Assembly: GCA_050950825.1 (NCBI GenBank)
Contig: JBMNIH010000002.1
Coordinates: 352,001 to 416,000 of the forward strand
DNA length: 64,000 nucleotides
Source: Clostridia bacterium
Lineage (GTDB): Bacteria; Bacillota; Clostridia; JAAYHZ01
Direction: 5' to 3'
Part shown: positions 19,879-31,185 of the stretch, one piece after another
How positions within the stretch are numbered: position 1 is the first letter of the stretch
Layout: each line of letters opens with the position of its first letter
Translations under genes and position numbers: made by a program
Notes under the pieces: model-generated
What the model was told of the DNA's origin: nothing
Database searches by the model: none
What the model saw: the letters and a program-made list of their open reading frames with translations, nothing else

Positions 19879-21672
19879 TTACGCGTACCATTTCTTTTGG
19901 GATTCGAACATTTCTTTGTAAATGCCGTTTTTCATCGACATAAGCTCCGTATGGGTACCGTCTTCCACTACGCAGCCGTCGTTTATCACGATGATTCTTT
20001 CCGCATTTTTCGCAAAACCGAGGCGGTGAGATATGAAAAACACCAAGCGGTCCTCCGCCAAGGAGAAAATAAAACGGTACATTTCGATCTCCGCCAAAGG
20101 GTCCAGAAAAGCCGTGGGCTCATCCAAAACCCATACATTGGCCTCCTCGTCGGCCAAAAGCCTTGCAATGGCCAAGCGCTGCCACTGTCCTTTGGACAAT
20201 TCCACTCCTTTATCCAGCTGTCCCAGCATCGTTCGGATCCCCTCCGGTTTTGACGCGATAAAATCATACAGATTCACTTTTTTTAGGATCTCAACAATTT
20301 TCTCATCGGGAAGAGATTTCCCGCCGCAGCCCAGCTCGATGTTTTCCTTTACCGTCATTTGGTATTGGCCGAAATCTTGCAAAACGGCGGTGCAGGATAC
20401 ACAATTCAATCTCAGGCTTCCCTCGTACTTTTTTAAAAGCCCCAATACTACGGATATCAGCGTGGTTTTTCCGCTTCCGTTGTATCCTACAACGGCAACT
20501 TTTTCTCCTTTTTTAAAAGAGATGTCGATACCCTTCAAAGCGTAGCTTTGGGCTTGGGCATACTTGTATTTTAATCCGTTTATGAAGATGGCCGTATCCG
20601 ACATCCCTTCTCCTCTTTCCCTATCCGTATCGTTTTTGTTAAGCTCAAGCAAATCGTAGTAGGCGCTTAAGACCTTGACATACCAATTTCCGTCCAACAT
20701 GAACAAGGTGAATTCCTTTAATACGGTAAAAAGGCTTACCAGCAGGGCGATAACCATGCTGTAATACCCGATGGTAAATCGGCCCGAAACCGTTCCTTTC
20801 CCCGTCATTACGGCGGTTAAAAAGAAAACGATCAAAAACAGAACCGATGTTATAAGCTCCGTATAAACGGAAAACAGGTTCAGCTTCAAATAGTTCTTTC
20901 GTTCTCGGTTGTTGTAATAGCGATATTTGTCAAAAAAGTAACCAATGGATCTTGTGTTTTGAATGTTTTGATGATGGACCCGATTTCGGAAGACGGATTT
21001 AAAGTAGACGTTTCTTCTTGTTTCCGGAGAAACATACATGCGCCAATAATCCAATTGCTTGTCCGTCACTTTTGCCGAAACGACGGCTCCCGCTGCAATG
21101 GAAACGAAAATGACCAAAACGTATAAAAGATGGATCTTGGAAAGCAAAACGGTATACACAACCAACATCACCAAAATCCTTATCAATTGGGTTACACCGT
21201 ACACCGCATTCGGATACTGAGAACCCGCTTGGCGAGCAAGATTGATTTTCTCGTAAAATTCATTGGATTCATAGTATTCGTAAGTTACATCGGACAACTT
21301 GTCGTTGATTTTTTTCTCCACTTCAAATATGATTTTGCTTTCGTATTTAGGAGATAACCGATTATATGCATTTTGAACCAAAAGGACGAAAAGCAACAAG
21401 ATCAAAAAAATGACCGTTTTGCGCACAATCTCTTGAAAAGACACCGTTTCATTCAGATACCCGGAAACTCCGTCGGTTATATGCTCCAAGAATTTCAGTT
21501 CAATAAACTTGGAACCGAATGCCAAAACGGATAAAATCAGAATGGCCGTTGTCTCCTTCCTGTATTTTCCGTAAAGCTCCTTTAGGATCTTCCATTGAAC
21601 CTTAAAAAATTGCCCCGGAGTGACTTTTTCCCTCATGGCTTTGTTGAAAAATTTCTTCGATTTTTCTTTCAT
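19879..21672 (-). CDS. ABC exporter, fused permease/ATPase
   Basis: Several TM helices plus GYNGSGKTT, LSKGQWQR, VLDEPT, ISHR. Confidence 0.9.
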   Translation of the reverse strand: MKEKSKKFFNKAMREKVTPGQFFKVQWKILKELYGKYRKETTAILILSVLAFGSKFIELKFLEHITDGVSGYLNETVSFQEIVRKTVIFLILLLFVLLVQNAYNRLSPKYESKIIFEVEKKINDKLSDVTYEYYESNEFYEKINLARQAGSQYPNAVYGVTQLIRILVMLVVYTVLLSKIHLLYVLVIFVSIAAGAVVSAKVTDKQLDYWRMYVSPETRRNVYFKSVFRNRVHHQNIQNTRSIGYFFDKYRYYNNRERKNYLKLNLFSVYTELITSVLFLIVFFLTAVMTGKGTVSGRFTIGYYSMVIALLVSLFTVLKEFTLFMLDGNWYVKVLSAYYDLLELNKNDTDRERGEGMSDTAIFINGLKYKYAQAQSYALKGIDISFKKGEKVAVVGYNGSGKTTLISVVLGLLKKYEGSLRLNCVSCTAVLQDFGQYQMTVKENIELGCGGKSLPDEKIVEILKKVNLYDFIASKPEGIRTMLGQLDKGVELSKGQWQRLAIARLLADEEANVWVLDEPTAFLDPLAEIEMYRFIFSLAEDRLVFFISHRLGFAKNAERIIVINDGCVVEDGTHTELMSMKNGIYKEMFESQKKWYA

Positions 21673-23483
21673 GCCGACTTTTCCTCCGTGTACAACTTTT
21701 TCTGTTCATTGAATAATGAAGCGTAATACCCGCCAAGAGCCAGAAGCTCTTCGTGGGTGCCTTCTTCCGTGATCTTTCCGTCTTGCATCATGATGATTCG
21801 GTCCGCAAGCCTTGCAAAGCCGATACGGTGGGATATGAGGACGGCGGTTTTGCCTTTCAGATTTTCCCGAAGGTTTCCGATTAGCTCCATTTCTTTTAAA
21901 GGGTCAATGGAAGCCGTCGGCTCGTCCATAAGAAGAATCTCCGGCTCTCCCATATACGCCGATGCAATGACAAGACTCTGCCATTCTCCTCCGGATAAAT
22001 CCACTCCCTCTTCGTCGTATTCTTTTCCTAAAACCGTCCGATCCTTGTCCTTGTATTTGTTTATGAGAGGTAAAATGCCGGCTTTTTTATACGCATCGAA
22101 AAGCTTTTCTTCATCGAACTTATCTTTTATGCTTCCCAATCCCACAAAATCCCGAAGAGGGATCGAAAAACGCGAAAATTCTTGAGGGGCTATACCGAAA
22201 TATTGAAACACAAGCTCCTTGTTCCCCTCGCAAACAGGAACACCGTTTAAAAAAATACGACCTTCCGTAAGAGGCAAGCTTCCCGTCATCAGTTTACATA
22301 GGGTGGTTTTACCGCTGCCGTTGTAGCCGAGAATACTTACAATTTCTCCTTTTTTAAGAGAAAAGGATACGTTGTCCACCGCTTTTTTATCGCTGTTGGG
22401 GTAAGTATAGGAGGCGTTGTGAATCGTCAACTCCCGGAACTCCCCGAAGGGCAGAGAACCGAAGGCATCCTGCGTGTTTTTTATGGACTTGATTTCTTTT
22501 ACGGTAACGGGCATTATGAAGTCGTAATAATCCGTCAAATACTTCGTATCTTTATGGGCTCCGGATATCATGTTGGTCATGAGCCGGTCGATGTTGTTGA
22601 AGACGGTTTCGATCAATCCGAATAAAAGAGCAAAGGTACCCAAGTCGTATCTTTTATGATACACCCCTCGGAGCAGAAGAATAATCGCCGCCCCTCTTAA
22701 AACATACTTCACGACGGAAAAAAGATTGTTTAAGCTTACCTTCTTTAAAGCGAGGTTCAGCTTTTCCAGTCTTAAAGCATCGTATATTTTTATCCACTTG
22801 CGGAAAATATGATCTTTGAAACGGTAGATCCGAAGCTCCTTTGCCGTCGGTTTTCCCGTAAGAACCTCCTTGTAGTAGTCATGGTATCGAAGCTCTTTAA
22901 TTTGCCGCTTGTCCAGCTCGTATTCTTTTTTGGCGATGTATCGTTTGACAGTAAAAGCAAGTATCCCGATAATCAAGCTGTAAATTACGAAAAAAGGCTC
23001 GTATACGGCGAACATAAGGACGGTTCCTACGATGAATCCGATATTGGAAAAGATAAGATTTGTCAAGCTGCCGATATAGGAGCTGATTTTACTTGTATTG
23101 CCGCTAACAAAAGAGTACTTTTCCATAAATTCATGGTCAAAAAACCGTTCTTGGGAAGTAGCGTAGCTTTTATACATGAAAATTTTGTGAAACAAAAGGT
23201 CCACATTCAGCCTGTAAAAATTCGAACCGAAGGCTTTGATAAAACCGAAAGTGAAATAGAGGATGTACAGGATTATGTAGACAAATACGAGTATGAAAAA
23301 AACTTTAGGAAGCTCTCCGGCATCGATTCCCGCCGAAAGGCTGTTAACGATATTCTTGTTTACGATATTAATAAAAAGTACAACTCCCGTTGATAAGGAA
23401 ACAATCAAGATATTGACCAATATATACGGCAAGCAAAAACGAAGCGCCGTCTTAAGCACCCACCAAACTTTCTTATTGACCAT
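21669..23483 (-). CDS. ABC exporter, fused permease/ATPase
   Basis: TM helices plus GYNGSGKTT, LSGGEWQS, LMDEPT; ATGA overlap with partner. Confidence 0.9.
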   Translation of the reverse strand: MVNKKVWWVLKTALRFCLPYILVNILIVSLSTGVVLFINIVNKNIVNSLSAGIDAGELPKVFFILVFVYIILYILYFTFGFIKAFGSNFYRLNVDLLFHKIFMYKSYATSQERFFDHEFMEKYSFVSGNTSKISSYIGSLTNLIFSNIGFIVGTVLMFAVYEPFFVIYSLIIGILAFTVKRYIAKKEYELDKRQIKELRYHDYYKEVLTGKPTAKELRIYRFKDHIFRKWIKIYDALRLEKLNLALKKVSLNNLFSVVKYVLRGAAIILLLRGVYHKRYDLGTFALLFGLIETVFNNIDRLMTNMISGAHKDTKYLTDYYDFIMPVTVKEIKSIKNTQDAFGSLPFGEFRELTIHNASYTYPNSDKKAVDNVSFSLKKGEIVSILGYNGSGKTTLCKLMTGSLPLTEGRIFLNGVPVCEGNKELVFQYFGIAPQEFSRFSIPLRDFVGLGSIKDKFDEEKLFDAYKKAGILPLINKYKDKDRTVLGKEYDEEGVDLSGGEWQSLVIASAYMGEPEILLMDEPTASIDPLKEMELIGNLRENLKGKTAVLISHRIGFARLADRIIMMQDGKITEEGTHEELLALGGYYASLFNEQKKLYTEEKSA

Positions 23484-23653
23484 TTCGCCCCCCGGAGCAC
23501 TGCTATGACCGATTCTACCTTTGTAACTTACGGTTCCGTCATTCGCATTTCAATAAATTGCAAATTTTTATTGTTTATATTATCTCATGATTTATCATAG
23601 TTGTAAAGGTTTTCATAAAGCGTTTTTAATATGAAACTCCGAGTAAAATTTAT

Positions 23654-23704
23654 TATGCATATTTATAAATCACTCTTGCATATTTATTCATTTCGTAGTA
23701 TTAT
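23654..23704 (+). promoter_or_regulatory. Tandem ARG boxes (ArgR/AhrC) overlapping sigma-A promoter of argGH
   Basis: TATGCATATTTATAAATC (23654-71) and CTTGCATATTTATTCATT (23675-92), 3 bp apart; TTGCAT-17-TATTAT. Confidence 0.8.
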
Positions 23705-23820
23705 GGATACGAAATTGAAACGATGCTTTTTGTCTCGTTTTCTTTATTTTAAAAAGCCGTTGAATGTTTTTATGCTATAATTTGAAATACGCAATAAAAG
23801 AACAGGTTAGGAGGATATCC

Positions 23821-25035
23821 ATGAGCAAGGAAAAAATTTTACTGGCTTATTCGGGCGGATTGGATACGTCCGTCATTATTTCATGGTTATTGGAGAATTA
23901 CGATTGCGAAGTCATCGCCATGGCGGCCGATGTCGGTCAAGGAGAGGAATTGGCTCCCTTAAGGGAAAAAGCCATTAAATCCGGCGCCAGCAAAATATAC
24001 ATCGAAGATTTGAGAGAAGAATTCGTAACCGACTTCATATTCCCCACTTTGAAAGCGGGAGCCGTATACGAAGGCAAATATCTTTTGGGCACCTCTTTTG
24101 CACGCCCCATTATCGCCAAACGTATGGTGGACATAGCAAAAAAAGAAGGCTGTACCGCATTTGCCCACGGCTGCACGGGAAAAGGTAACGACCAAGTTCG
24201 TTTCGAATTGACCTTTAAAGCTTTTGCACCGGAAATGAAAATCATTGCCCCGTGGCGAATCTGGAATATAAGATCTCGTGATGATGAAATCGATTATGCC
24301 GTCGAAAGAAACATACCGGTCCCGGTAACCAAGGAAAACAACTACAGCATGGACAGAAACCTTTGGCATTTGAGCCATGAAGGAATGGATTTGGAAAACC
24401 CGGAAAACGAACCGAATTACGATCGCATCTTAAAGATGATTGTTCCTCCGGAAAAAGCTCCGGACAAACCCGCTTACGTAGAAGTCGAGTTTGAAAAGGG
24501 CATCCCGGTAGCCGTTGACGGTCAAAAACTGCCTCCGGTGGAACTAATCGAATATTTGAACAACATAGCGGGAGCAAACGGCGTGGGTATCGTCGATTTG
24601 GTGGAAAATCGCTTGGTGGGCATGAAGTCTCGGGGTGTTTACGAAACACCGGGCGGAACCGTCCTTTATGCGGCTCATCGGGAATTGGAGCACATCTGCT
24701 TGGATAAAGAAACGCTGCACTACAAAGACCTTGTCGCCCAAAAGTTTGCGGAATTGGTTTACAACGGTCAGTGGTATACTCCTTTAAGAGAAGCCCTCAG
24801 CGCTTTTGTGGACAGTACCCAAAGATTCGTTACGGGTAAGGTTCGCTTAAAGCTGTACAAAGGCAACGTTTTCCCGGCCGGCTCCTTCTCCGACTATTCC
24901 TTATACAACGAAGAGCTGTCTACATTCGGAGTAGACCAAGTCTACAGACAGAAAGACGCGGAAGGCTTCATTAATCTTTTCGGACTGCCGGTAAAAGTCA
25001 ACGCGTTAATGAAACGGAAAAACGGGATTGAATAA
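23821..25035 (+). CDS. argG: Argininosuccinate synthase
   Basis: [32 protein letters not shown]; start after GGAGG. Confidence 0.98.
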   Translation: MSKEKILLAYSGGLDTSVIISWLLENYDCEVIAMAADVGQGEELAPLREKAIKSGASKIYIEDLREEFVTDFIFPTLKAGAVYEGKYLLGTSFARPIIAKRMVDIAKKEGCTAFAHGCTGKGNDQVRFELTFKAFAPEMKIIAPWRIWNIRSRDDEIDYAVERNIPVPVTKENNYSMDRNLWHLSHEGMDLENPENEPNYDRILKMIVPPEKAPDKPAYVEVEFEKGIPVAVDGQKLPPVELIEYLNNIAGANGVGIVDLVENRLVGMKSRGVYETPGGTVLYAAHRELEHICLDKETLHYKDLVAQKFAELVYNGQWYTPLREALSAFVDSTQRFVTGKVRLKLYKGNVFPAGSFSDYSLYNEELSTFGVDQVYRQKDAEGFINLFGLPVKVNALMKRKNGIE

Positions 25036-25043
25036 AACGGGCG

Positions 25044-26444
25044 GTGAACGGTTTGAAATTATGGAGCGGACGATTTAGCAAAGATACGGATAAAACGGTG
25101 GACGATTTTAATTCGTCCATCCGTTTTGACTGCCGAATGGCAAAGCAGGATATCAAAGGAAGCATGGCCCATGCGGAAATGCTGGGAAAATGCGGCGTTA
25201 TACCGGAAGAGGATGCGGCTTTGATCGTAAAAACCTTATCGGAGGTTTGGGAGGATATTAAAGAGGGTAAGGTATCCTTTGATCCCCGCGCCGAAGACAT
25301 CCACATGTTCGTGGAACAAGAGCTTATCAAAAGGATCGGCGATACGGGGAAAAAGCTTCATACGGGAAGGTCCCGAAACGACCAAGTGGCATTGGATATC
25401 CGCATGTATTTAACGGACGAGTGCAAAATCATCAAAGAAATGATTTTGGAGCTTATGAACACCGTGCTTCAGACGGCAAAAAAACACCGGGAAACCATCA
25501 TGCCGGGATACACCCATCTGCAGCGTGCCCAGCCTATAACCTTCGGTCATCATATGATGGCGTATTTTCAAATGTTTAAAAGGGACTTAGAGCGCCTTTC
25601 CGACTGCGTAAAGAGGATGGACGAAATGCCGTTAGGCTCGGGTGCCCTTGCATCCACTACCTATCCTTTGGATCGGTACTACGTGGCGGAAAAGCTGGGG
25701 TTCTCCCGTATTACGCAAAACAGCATGGACGCGGTAAGCGACCGGGATTTTGTAATCGAATTGGCATCGGTTTTGGCCATTTTCATGATGCATATAAGCC
25801 GATTAAGCGAAGAGATCATTTTGTGGGCTACCAAAGAATTTTCTTTTATCGAGTTGGACGATGCCTACAGTACCGGTAGCAGCATCATGCCCCAGAAAAA
25901 GAATCCCGACGTGGCGGAATTGGCTCGCGGAAAAACCGGAAGGATGTACGGCAACCTGATGACGCTGCTGTCCATGATGAAATCCTTACCTTTGGCATAC
26001 AACAAGGATATGCAGGAGGATAAGGAGGCCATATTCGACAGTATCGATACGGTCAAAATGTGTATTCCTCCCTTCAACGGAATGCTGGCTACCATGAGGA
26101 TAAAAGAAGACGCCATGGCCGAAGCGGTAAAGACCGGTTTTGCCAACGCTACCGATTTGGCCGATTACTTGACGGTAAAAGGAGTCCCCTTCCGAGTCGC
26201 TCATGAAATTACGGGAAAACTGGTAGGTTACTGTACGGAAAAGAATTTGAAAATTGAGGATTTGGATCTTCCCTTTTTAAAATCCTATTCGGAACTGATC
26301 GAAGAGGACATCTACCAAGCCCTTAAACCCGAAACCTGTGTCAACCGCCGCAATCTTCCGGGAGGACCGGCATTTGATGCGGTAGCCGAAGCCATTTCCG
26401 AGGCGGAAAGATACATGGATAAAGCTAGCAAAAAAACGGAATAA
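25044..26444 (+). CDS. argH: Argininosuccinate lyase
   Basis: LHTGRSRNDQ, GSSIMPQKKNPD. Confidence 0.98.
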   Translation: MNGLKLWSGRFSKDTDKTVDDFNSSIRFDCRMAKQDIKGSMAHAEMLGKCGVIPEEDAALIVKTLSEVWEDIKEGKVSFDPRAEDIHMFVEQELIKRIGDTGKKLHTGRSRNDQVALDIRMYLTDECKIIKEMILELMNTVLQTAKKHRETIMPGYTHLQRAQPITFGHHMMAYFQMFKRDLERLSDCVKRMDEMPLGSGALASTTYPLDRYYVAEKLGFSRITQNSMDAVSDRDFVIELASVLAIFMMHISRLSEEIILWATKEFSFIELDDAYSTGSSIMPQKKNPDVAELARGKTGRMYGNLMTLLSMMKSLPLAYNKDMQEDKEAIFDSIDTVKMCIPPFNGMLATMRIKEDAMAEAVKTGFANATDLADYLTVKGVPFRVAHEITGKLVGYCTEKNLKIEDLDLPFLKSYSELIEEDIYQALKPETCVNRRNLPGGPAFDAVAEAISEAERYMDKASKKTE

Positions 26445-26454
26445 AAGACAGTAT

Positions 26455-26491
26455 AAAAAGACAAGTCTTGTATTTAAAGGCTTGTCTTTTT
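26455..26491. terminator. Intrinsic terminator after argH
   Basis: aaaaagacaagtc...ggcttgtcttttt. Confidence 0.75.
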
Positions 26492-26548
26492 GTACTTACA
26501 TAAAGAATATAAAAAAAGAAGTGAATTCACGGTGAGTATGCTATTCAT

Positions 26549-27337
26549 TCACGCATAATTCACCCTTTTCAAAAAATCTCCGATTAAATTAAGCATTTCA
26601 TCGATATTTTCATTTATCTGAAAATCAACGCCTAACTGTAAATAACTCGGTGCCTCGGCGTATTTACGTGATTGCAGACCGTTTATTTTGCCACATAAAA
26701 GTACAAGAGCCTTTGTAATGGATTCTTTTAGTTTTTCGATGTATTCATCGCCGTCATATAATTCAGGCATTATAATTTCCCTGCTTTCCCAAATATGCGG
26801 TAACGATTTTATCAACTCATTTGCCTTTTCCGTCTTGCTTAGCTTTAAGTACAAAAAGAGAAGATTGACGGTAGCGGTGGTTCTTGACTTCATTACGAGA
26901 TTACCCTGCAAAGCACGTTCTGTCAGAGAAATTGCTTCTTCAATCAAAGTAACATCATTGATTTTATTACTTTTTTGAGTCGGCGTTGAAGCAAGCGCCA
27001 ATAATAAACCGCTATTATTTGGGTATAGCTTCAATCCCTCCTTAAGTAAAACGATTGCCTCATCAAGCAGGTTGTTTCCCGCAAGCCTGTGTACATCGCT
27101 GTGCAGCTTACCGATATTTTCATTCTTTCGTATTTCGTCCATACCGACAAGCTCGTCAATTGTGGTATTATAATAAATGGCAATACCCGGTAGCATTGTA
27201 ATGTCGGGATATGCGGTATTGTTTTCCCAACGACTTATCGCTTGAGGTGATACTCCGAAAACCTCTGCGAGTTGTTCTTGGGTAAGGTCTTTTTTCAACC
27301 TTAATCTTCTTAAATTTTCACCGATGTTAATTATCAT
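26549..27337 (-). CDS. XRE-family HTH regulator with TPR-like C-terminus
   Basis: LTQEQLAEVFGVSPQAISRWENN..YPDI; helical LKEGLKLYPNN. Confidence 0.88.
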   Translation of the reverse strand: MIINIGENLRRLRLKKDLTQEQLAEVFGVSPQAISRWENNTAYPDITMLPGIAIYYNTTIDELVGMDEIRKNENIGKLHSDVHRLAGNNLLDEAIVLLKEGLKLYPNNSGLLLALASTPTQKSNKINDVTLIEEAISLTERALQGNLVMKSRTTATVNLLFLYLKLSKTEKANELIKSLPHIWESREIIMPELYDGDEYIEKLKESITKALVLLCGKINGLQSRKYAEAPSYLQLGVDFQINENIDEMLNLIGDFLKRVNYA

Positions 27338-27588
27338 AATAACTACTCCTCATTTTTGAATTTTCTATAGTGATTCTATAGGAGTTAGTGAGCAGTTTTA
27401 ATATCAAATCCGTTGAGGAAAATTCAACTAAAGCGAGAGTTTTATTTATTACCTCAATATATACCAAAAAGAATCAATTATTTTTATAAGATTATTACGT
27501 ATAATAAAATAATAGATAGGACATACAATAATTCCGTGAATCCTATCTATTATTTATTATGATTTCTTTTTTATAACATTTGTCACGT

Positions 27589-27900
27589 CTAATGCTGCTT
27601 TACCCTTTTGTCCATCGCTCTGCCTAAGCTGTACCAAGAATCTCGCAGGCGGGAACGCATGTCATAATCAAGGGTTCTTTCAATGATGTCGTTGAAATCT
27701 TTTCTCATTTGGTGATATTTTGTCATTACAAATTCTTCTTCCGAAAGGAGCTCCTCCATTTGCTCAATCCATTCCAAAACGGAATCTTTCCCTTGGAATT
27801 CGGGTTCTATTTTCTTTTTTAAATGCACGATAACGAGCTTTATCGCTTTTCTTTTAACGTCTTCATCCGTTTGTACCTTTCTGACAGATTTGCTGCTCAT
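27589..27900 (-). CDS. Hypothetical protein (alpha-helical)
   Basis: 103-aa ORF with AAGGAG SD and a downstream hairpin at about 27509-27555. Confidence 0.7.
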   Translation of the reverse strand: MSSKSVRKVQTDEDVKRKAIKLVIVHLKKKIEPEFQGKDSVLEWIEQMEELLSEEEFVMTKYHQMRKDFNDIIERTLDYDMRSRLRDSWYSLGRAMDKRVKQH

Positions 27901-28047
27901 AATATATTCAACTCCTTATTCCGATCATAATGTTTTCGTAAATGATAAAAAAAGTCACCGGCTTTTTTGCGCGCTACAACAAGCGGCATTTTCTAAAGAA
28001 AATCACTTCTATTACTACAATGTATTCGGTTATACCGGAAAATTTGT

Positions 28048-28881
28048 TTACCTTACGGCTGTCGATAACATGTTTTGAATGTCTTTCAGATCATATACAA
28101 AGCCGTTCTTTAAAGCCGTCACCCATAGACCGTATTCTTTGTGTCTTTCCGTCCGTGCAGATTCCTTGTTCTCTACCGCGGTGACCGCTTCCCTGATGGC
28201 GGAACATAAAAACCCTCTGTTCGCCATGTCGTTCATGCTTGCCGGAGAATACTGCAAACACCAGTTGATGGCAAAACCCATATAGATGAGATGATTGATA
28301 CCGTCCTTCAAGCAGACGGCCTGCAGTTGATCGCCGTCCAGGGCAATAGGCTCATTGTCGGCGGGCATGGCCTCTTTCATAAAGGTAGCCTTCGCTTGAC
28401 CTCTTTCGATGTCGGCTTTGTTATGTAGCCCGACAAAAACATTTTCGAACCTGAATTTCCTCAATTCGTCTGACACTGCGTCCCTTTCGGCGTAAGGCAT
28501 TTTAAAGGACTCTTTACCTTGGGTGTATTCTTTTAAACATTGCTTTGCGTATTCGAACCCGGGAAACCCTTTGCAATGGGATTCGCTTCCGGCTACATGA
28601 TACAGCTTCATACCCGCATTTCGAATAGCCGACAACAAACCCGGGAATATTTCCCGAGCAATCTTGTTCGCTCTCGGGATGTATTCCACCGCACGATACC
28701 AACCGGGATGTTCTTCGTATGTTCCGCAGTCCCAAGCATGCATAACCACAAAAGCGGTTTTATCCGTATTCAGCTTTAAGTCGGCTTTCATCCATCCGCC
28801 GTAGCCTTCACCGGGAATGTCCCGAGAATAGTCAGCGTCAAATTGTCTATAGTACCAAGCAGGCACGGTCACAATGCTCAT
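28048..28881 (-). CDS. Isochorismatase-like cysteine hydrolase
   Basis: TAFVVMHAWD, LIYMGFAINWC. Confidence 0.6.
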   Translation of the reverse strand: MSIVTVPAWYYRQFDADYSRDIPGEGYGGWMKADLKLNTDKTAFVVMHAWDCGTYEEHPGWYRAVEYIPRANKIAREIFPGLLSAIRNAGMKLYHVAGSESHCKGFPGFEYAKQCLKEYTQGKESFKMPYAERDAVSDELRKFRFENVFVGLHNKADIERGQAKATFMKEAMPADNEPIALDGDQLQAVCLKDGINHLIYMGFAINWCLQYSPASMNDMANRGFLCSAIREAVTAVENKESARTERHKEYGLWVTALKNGFVYDLKDIQNMLSTAVR

Positions 28882-29114
28882 TGTTTTTTCTCCTTCAGGG
28901 ATATATTCGTACGATTACAATATATCATACCATAGTTGTGATATAACTTCAACCGATTATGTCATATGAGGGTATTTCTTGTAATCATTCCCGAAGTTTA
29001 AGAAGCTATACGCCGGGAAGCCGGATATCGTGATTTTTAGACCTCCCTGTAGTGTTTATACGGTAAATATGCTATTATGGACTATGTAGTTAATATAAAA
29101 GCTTAGAGGAGTAT

Positions 29115-30398
29115 ATGGAAAACCGTAATGCCAATCAACCCGTTGATGAAAAGAATAACAATACGGAGGAGGTTCCCCCTTCGGCCGAAAACCTTATAGA
29201 GACCGTAGAAGAGGCCGACACTTTCGAGGATGAACCCGATAAAAAACAAGAGCGACATTCGCTGAAAGAAAGCGGATTTCGTTTCTTTACCTTGCCGGTT
29301 ATATTGATTCTTTTGGTTGCTCTTCGTTTCATATTCGACGCGGATAAATTTTTGGCGGATCTTAGCCGGCTGTTTTCCATTATCAGCTTTCTTGTATGGG
29401 GATTTGCCATCGCCTTTTTCATCGATCCCTTAGTTACCCTCTTTATGAAAACCCTCTTTAAAAAAATGAAAAAGGGAAAAAGAGGACTGGCCATGCTCCT
29501 TGCCTATTTGGTGTTTTTTGGAATCATCACTTTTCTTTCCGTTTACATCCTTCCCGTTATCGGGGAAAACATTATAGACATCGCTTCGAAGGTTCCTTCC
29601 TATTGGAACGATATCCAAAATTGGTGGAGCCGTATAGAAAATTCTCTTACCGACGACGGCATGATCAATCATTTCCTATTGTCCGTCGGTGATCGAATCG
29701 GACTTTTATTGTCCGATTACTTTAACAGCAGCGAATTTAACCGCCAATTGAAAGATTTAGGAACCGGTATTTTAAACACCGCTTTAGGGGCTACCCAATT
29801 TTTAATTGATTTTCTTTTGGCGCTGGTTATGTCCATCTACATGCTGGCGGATAAAGAAAATATGATCCGCGGCATTAAACGCATCGTATATGCCGTATTC
29901 AAAAAAGAAACGGCGGATAAAGCCGTTTTTGCAACCAAGAAAACCAACGAAATATTCAAAAAATTCTTTTTAGGCAAAGGATTGGCGTCCATCATAGTAG
30001 GAATCGTCGCTTTCATCTTTGCTTCCTTGACCAAATTGCCGGTGCCCATCCTTCAAGCCGCCATACTCGGTATCACCAACATGGTTCCCACCATCGGGCC
30101 CGTGATTGGAGCGGTGCCCTGCCTTTTGCTCACCCTTCTCTACAGCCCCGTTCAAGCGTTATGGCTTCTTATATTCATTCTTGTCATACAGCAAATCGAC
30201 GGAATGTATATGTCACCCAAAATTCTTGGCGATTCTTTGGGCTTAAAGCCGCTTTTCGTCATCGTGGGCGTATTGATCGGAGGCAGTATCGCCGGCATTT
30301 TAGGCGCTTTATTAGGCACCCCCACCTTGGCGGTTATCAGCTATTTTTTAAACCGCTATACCGAAAAACGCTTAAAAGAAAAACAACTGAACATTTAA
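29115..30398 (+). CDS. AI-2E family transporter
   Basis: Multi-TM; NMVPTIGP, IQQIDG..SPKILG. Confidence 0.9.
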   Translation: MENRNANQPVDEKNNNTEEVPPSAENLIETVEEADTFEDEPDKKQERHSLKESGFRFFTLPVILILLVALRFIFDADKFLADLSRLFSIISFLVWGFAIAFFIDPLVTLFMKTLFKKMKKGKRGLAMLLAYLVFFGIITFLSVYILPVIGENIIDIASKVPSYWNDIQNWWSRIENSLTDDGMINHFLLSVGDRIGLLLSDYFNSSEFNRQLKDLGTGILNTALGATQFLIDFLLALVMSIYMLADKENMIRGIKRIVYAVFKKETADKAVFATKKTNEIFKKFFLGKGLASIIVGIVAFIFASLTKLPVPILQAAILGITNMVPTIGPVIGAVPCLLLTLLYSPVQALWLLIFILVIQQIDGMYMSPKILGDSLGLKPLFVIVGVLIGGSIAGILGALLGTPTLAVISYFLNRYTEKRLKEKQLNI

Positions 30399-30952
30399 CG
30401 ATTCCGAGCATATATAATGTCAAACATTCGGGATATGGGCTTGTATATTAAGAACGTGGTCACGGAATTGATTACGGCCTTAATCAGGTTAAAAGGTATG
30501 ATACCGGGCAGCAGAAGATCCACCACCTGCTGTTTCGGAAAGCCCCAAAACTTGACCGTAAAGAACAGATTCGCGGGAATCATGACCAAGGTCATACACA
30601 AGGAGCTTACGATTAACGCAATTAGAGCGCCTTTTCTCGTGTGGATCTTTTTATACACAAAGCTTGCGACAAAGACATAGGATCCCGAAGCGATAATGTG
30701 CATTGCGATTCCTACCCAGCCGGATCCGGCGCTTACCGTCATCCCTTGGATTAAAGCGACGATGATAATTACGATAAGCCCTTCCACGGGACCATACAAA
30801 AATCCTGCAATTAATCCCACCACATCGCCGGGATCATATTCCATAAACGGAACGATGGGCAATATGGGAAATCGAACAAAAAACATCAGAACAACGGCCA
30901 ATGCGGACAAAACACCCAACATGGCTACCTTAACAACGTTAACCTTTTTCAT
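30395..30952 (-). CDS. ribU: ECF transporter S component, riboflavin-specific
   Basis: EYDPGDV, PFNLIKA; directly downstream of an FMN riboswitch. Confidence 0.85.
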   Translation of the reverse strand: MKKVNVVKVAMLGVLSALAVVLMFFVRFPILPIVPFMEYDPGDVVGLIAGFLYGPVEGLIVIIIVALIQGMTVSAGSGWVGIAMHIIASGSYVFVASFVYKKIHTRKGALIALIVSSLCMTLVMIPANLFFTVKFWGFPKQQVVDLLLPGIIPFNLIKAVINSVTTFLIYKPISRMFDIIYARNR

Positions 30953-30995
30953 AAAACAACCCTTTCTTTTTTAATTTTTTGTATGGTCTGCGTAC

Positions 30996-31024
30996 AAAAA
31001 AGCCCTGATAGAAACTCAGGGCTT
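30996..31024 (-). terminator. Riboswitch expression-platform terminator
   Basis: aagccctgag-tttcta-tcagggctttttt between aptamer and ribU. Confidence 0.85.
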
Positions 31025-31050
31025 AGAGATGATCTATATTTATGTATGCA

Positions 31051-31178
<128 letters not shown>

Positions 31179-31185
31179 TAGGATC

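Noticed and set aside
23528-23548. Peptide ORF MRMTEP upstream of the ABC pair as a RiPP precursor or leader
   Set aside because: Only 6 codons with no SD, and no modification enzymes nearby.
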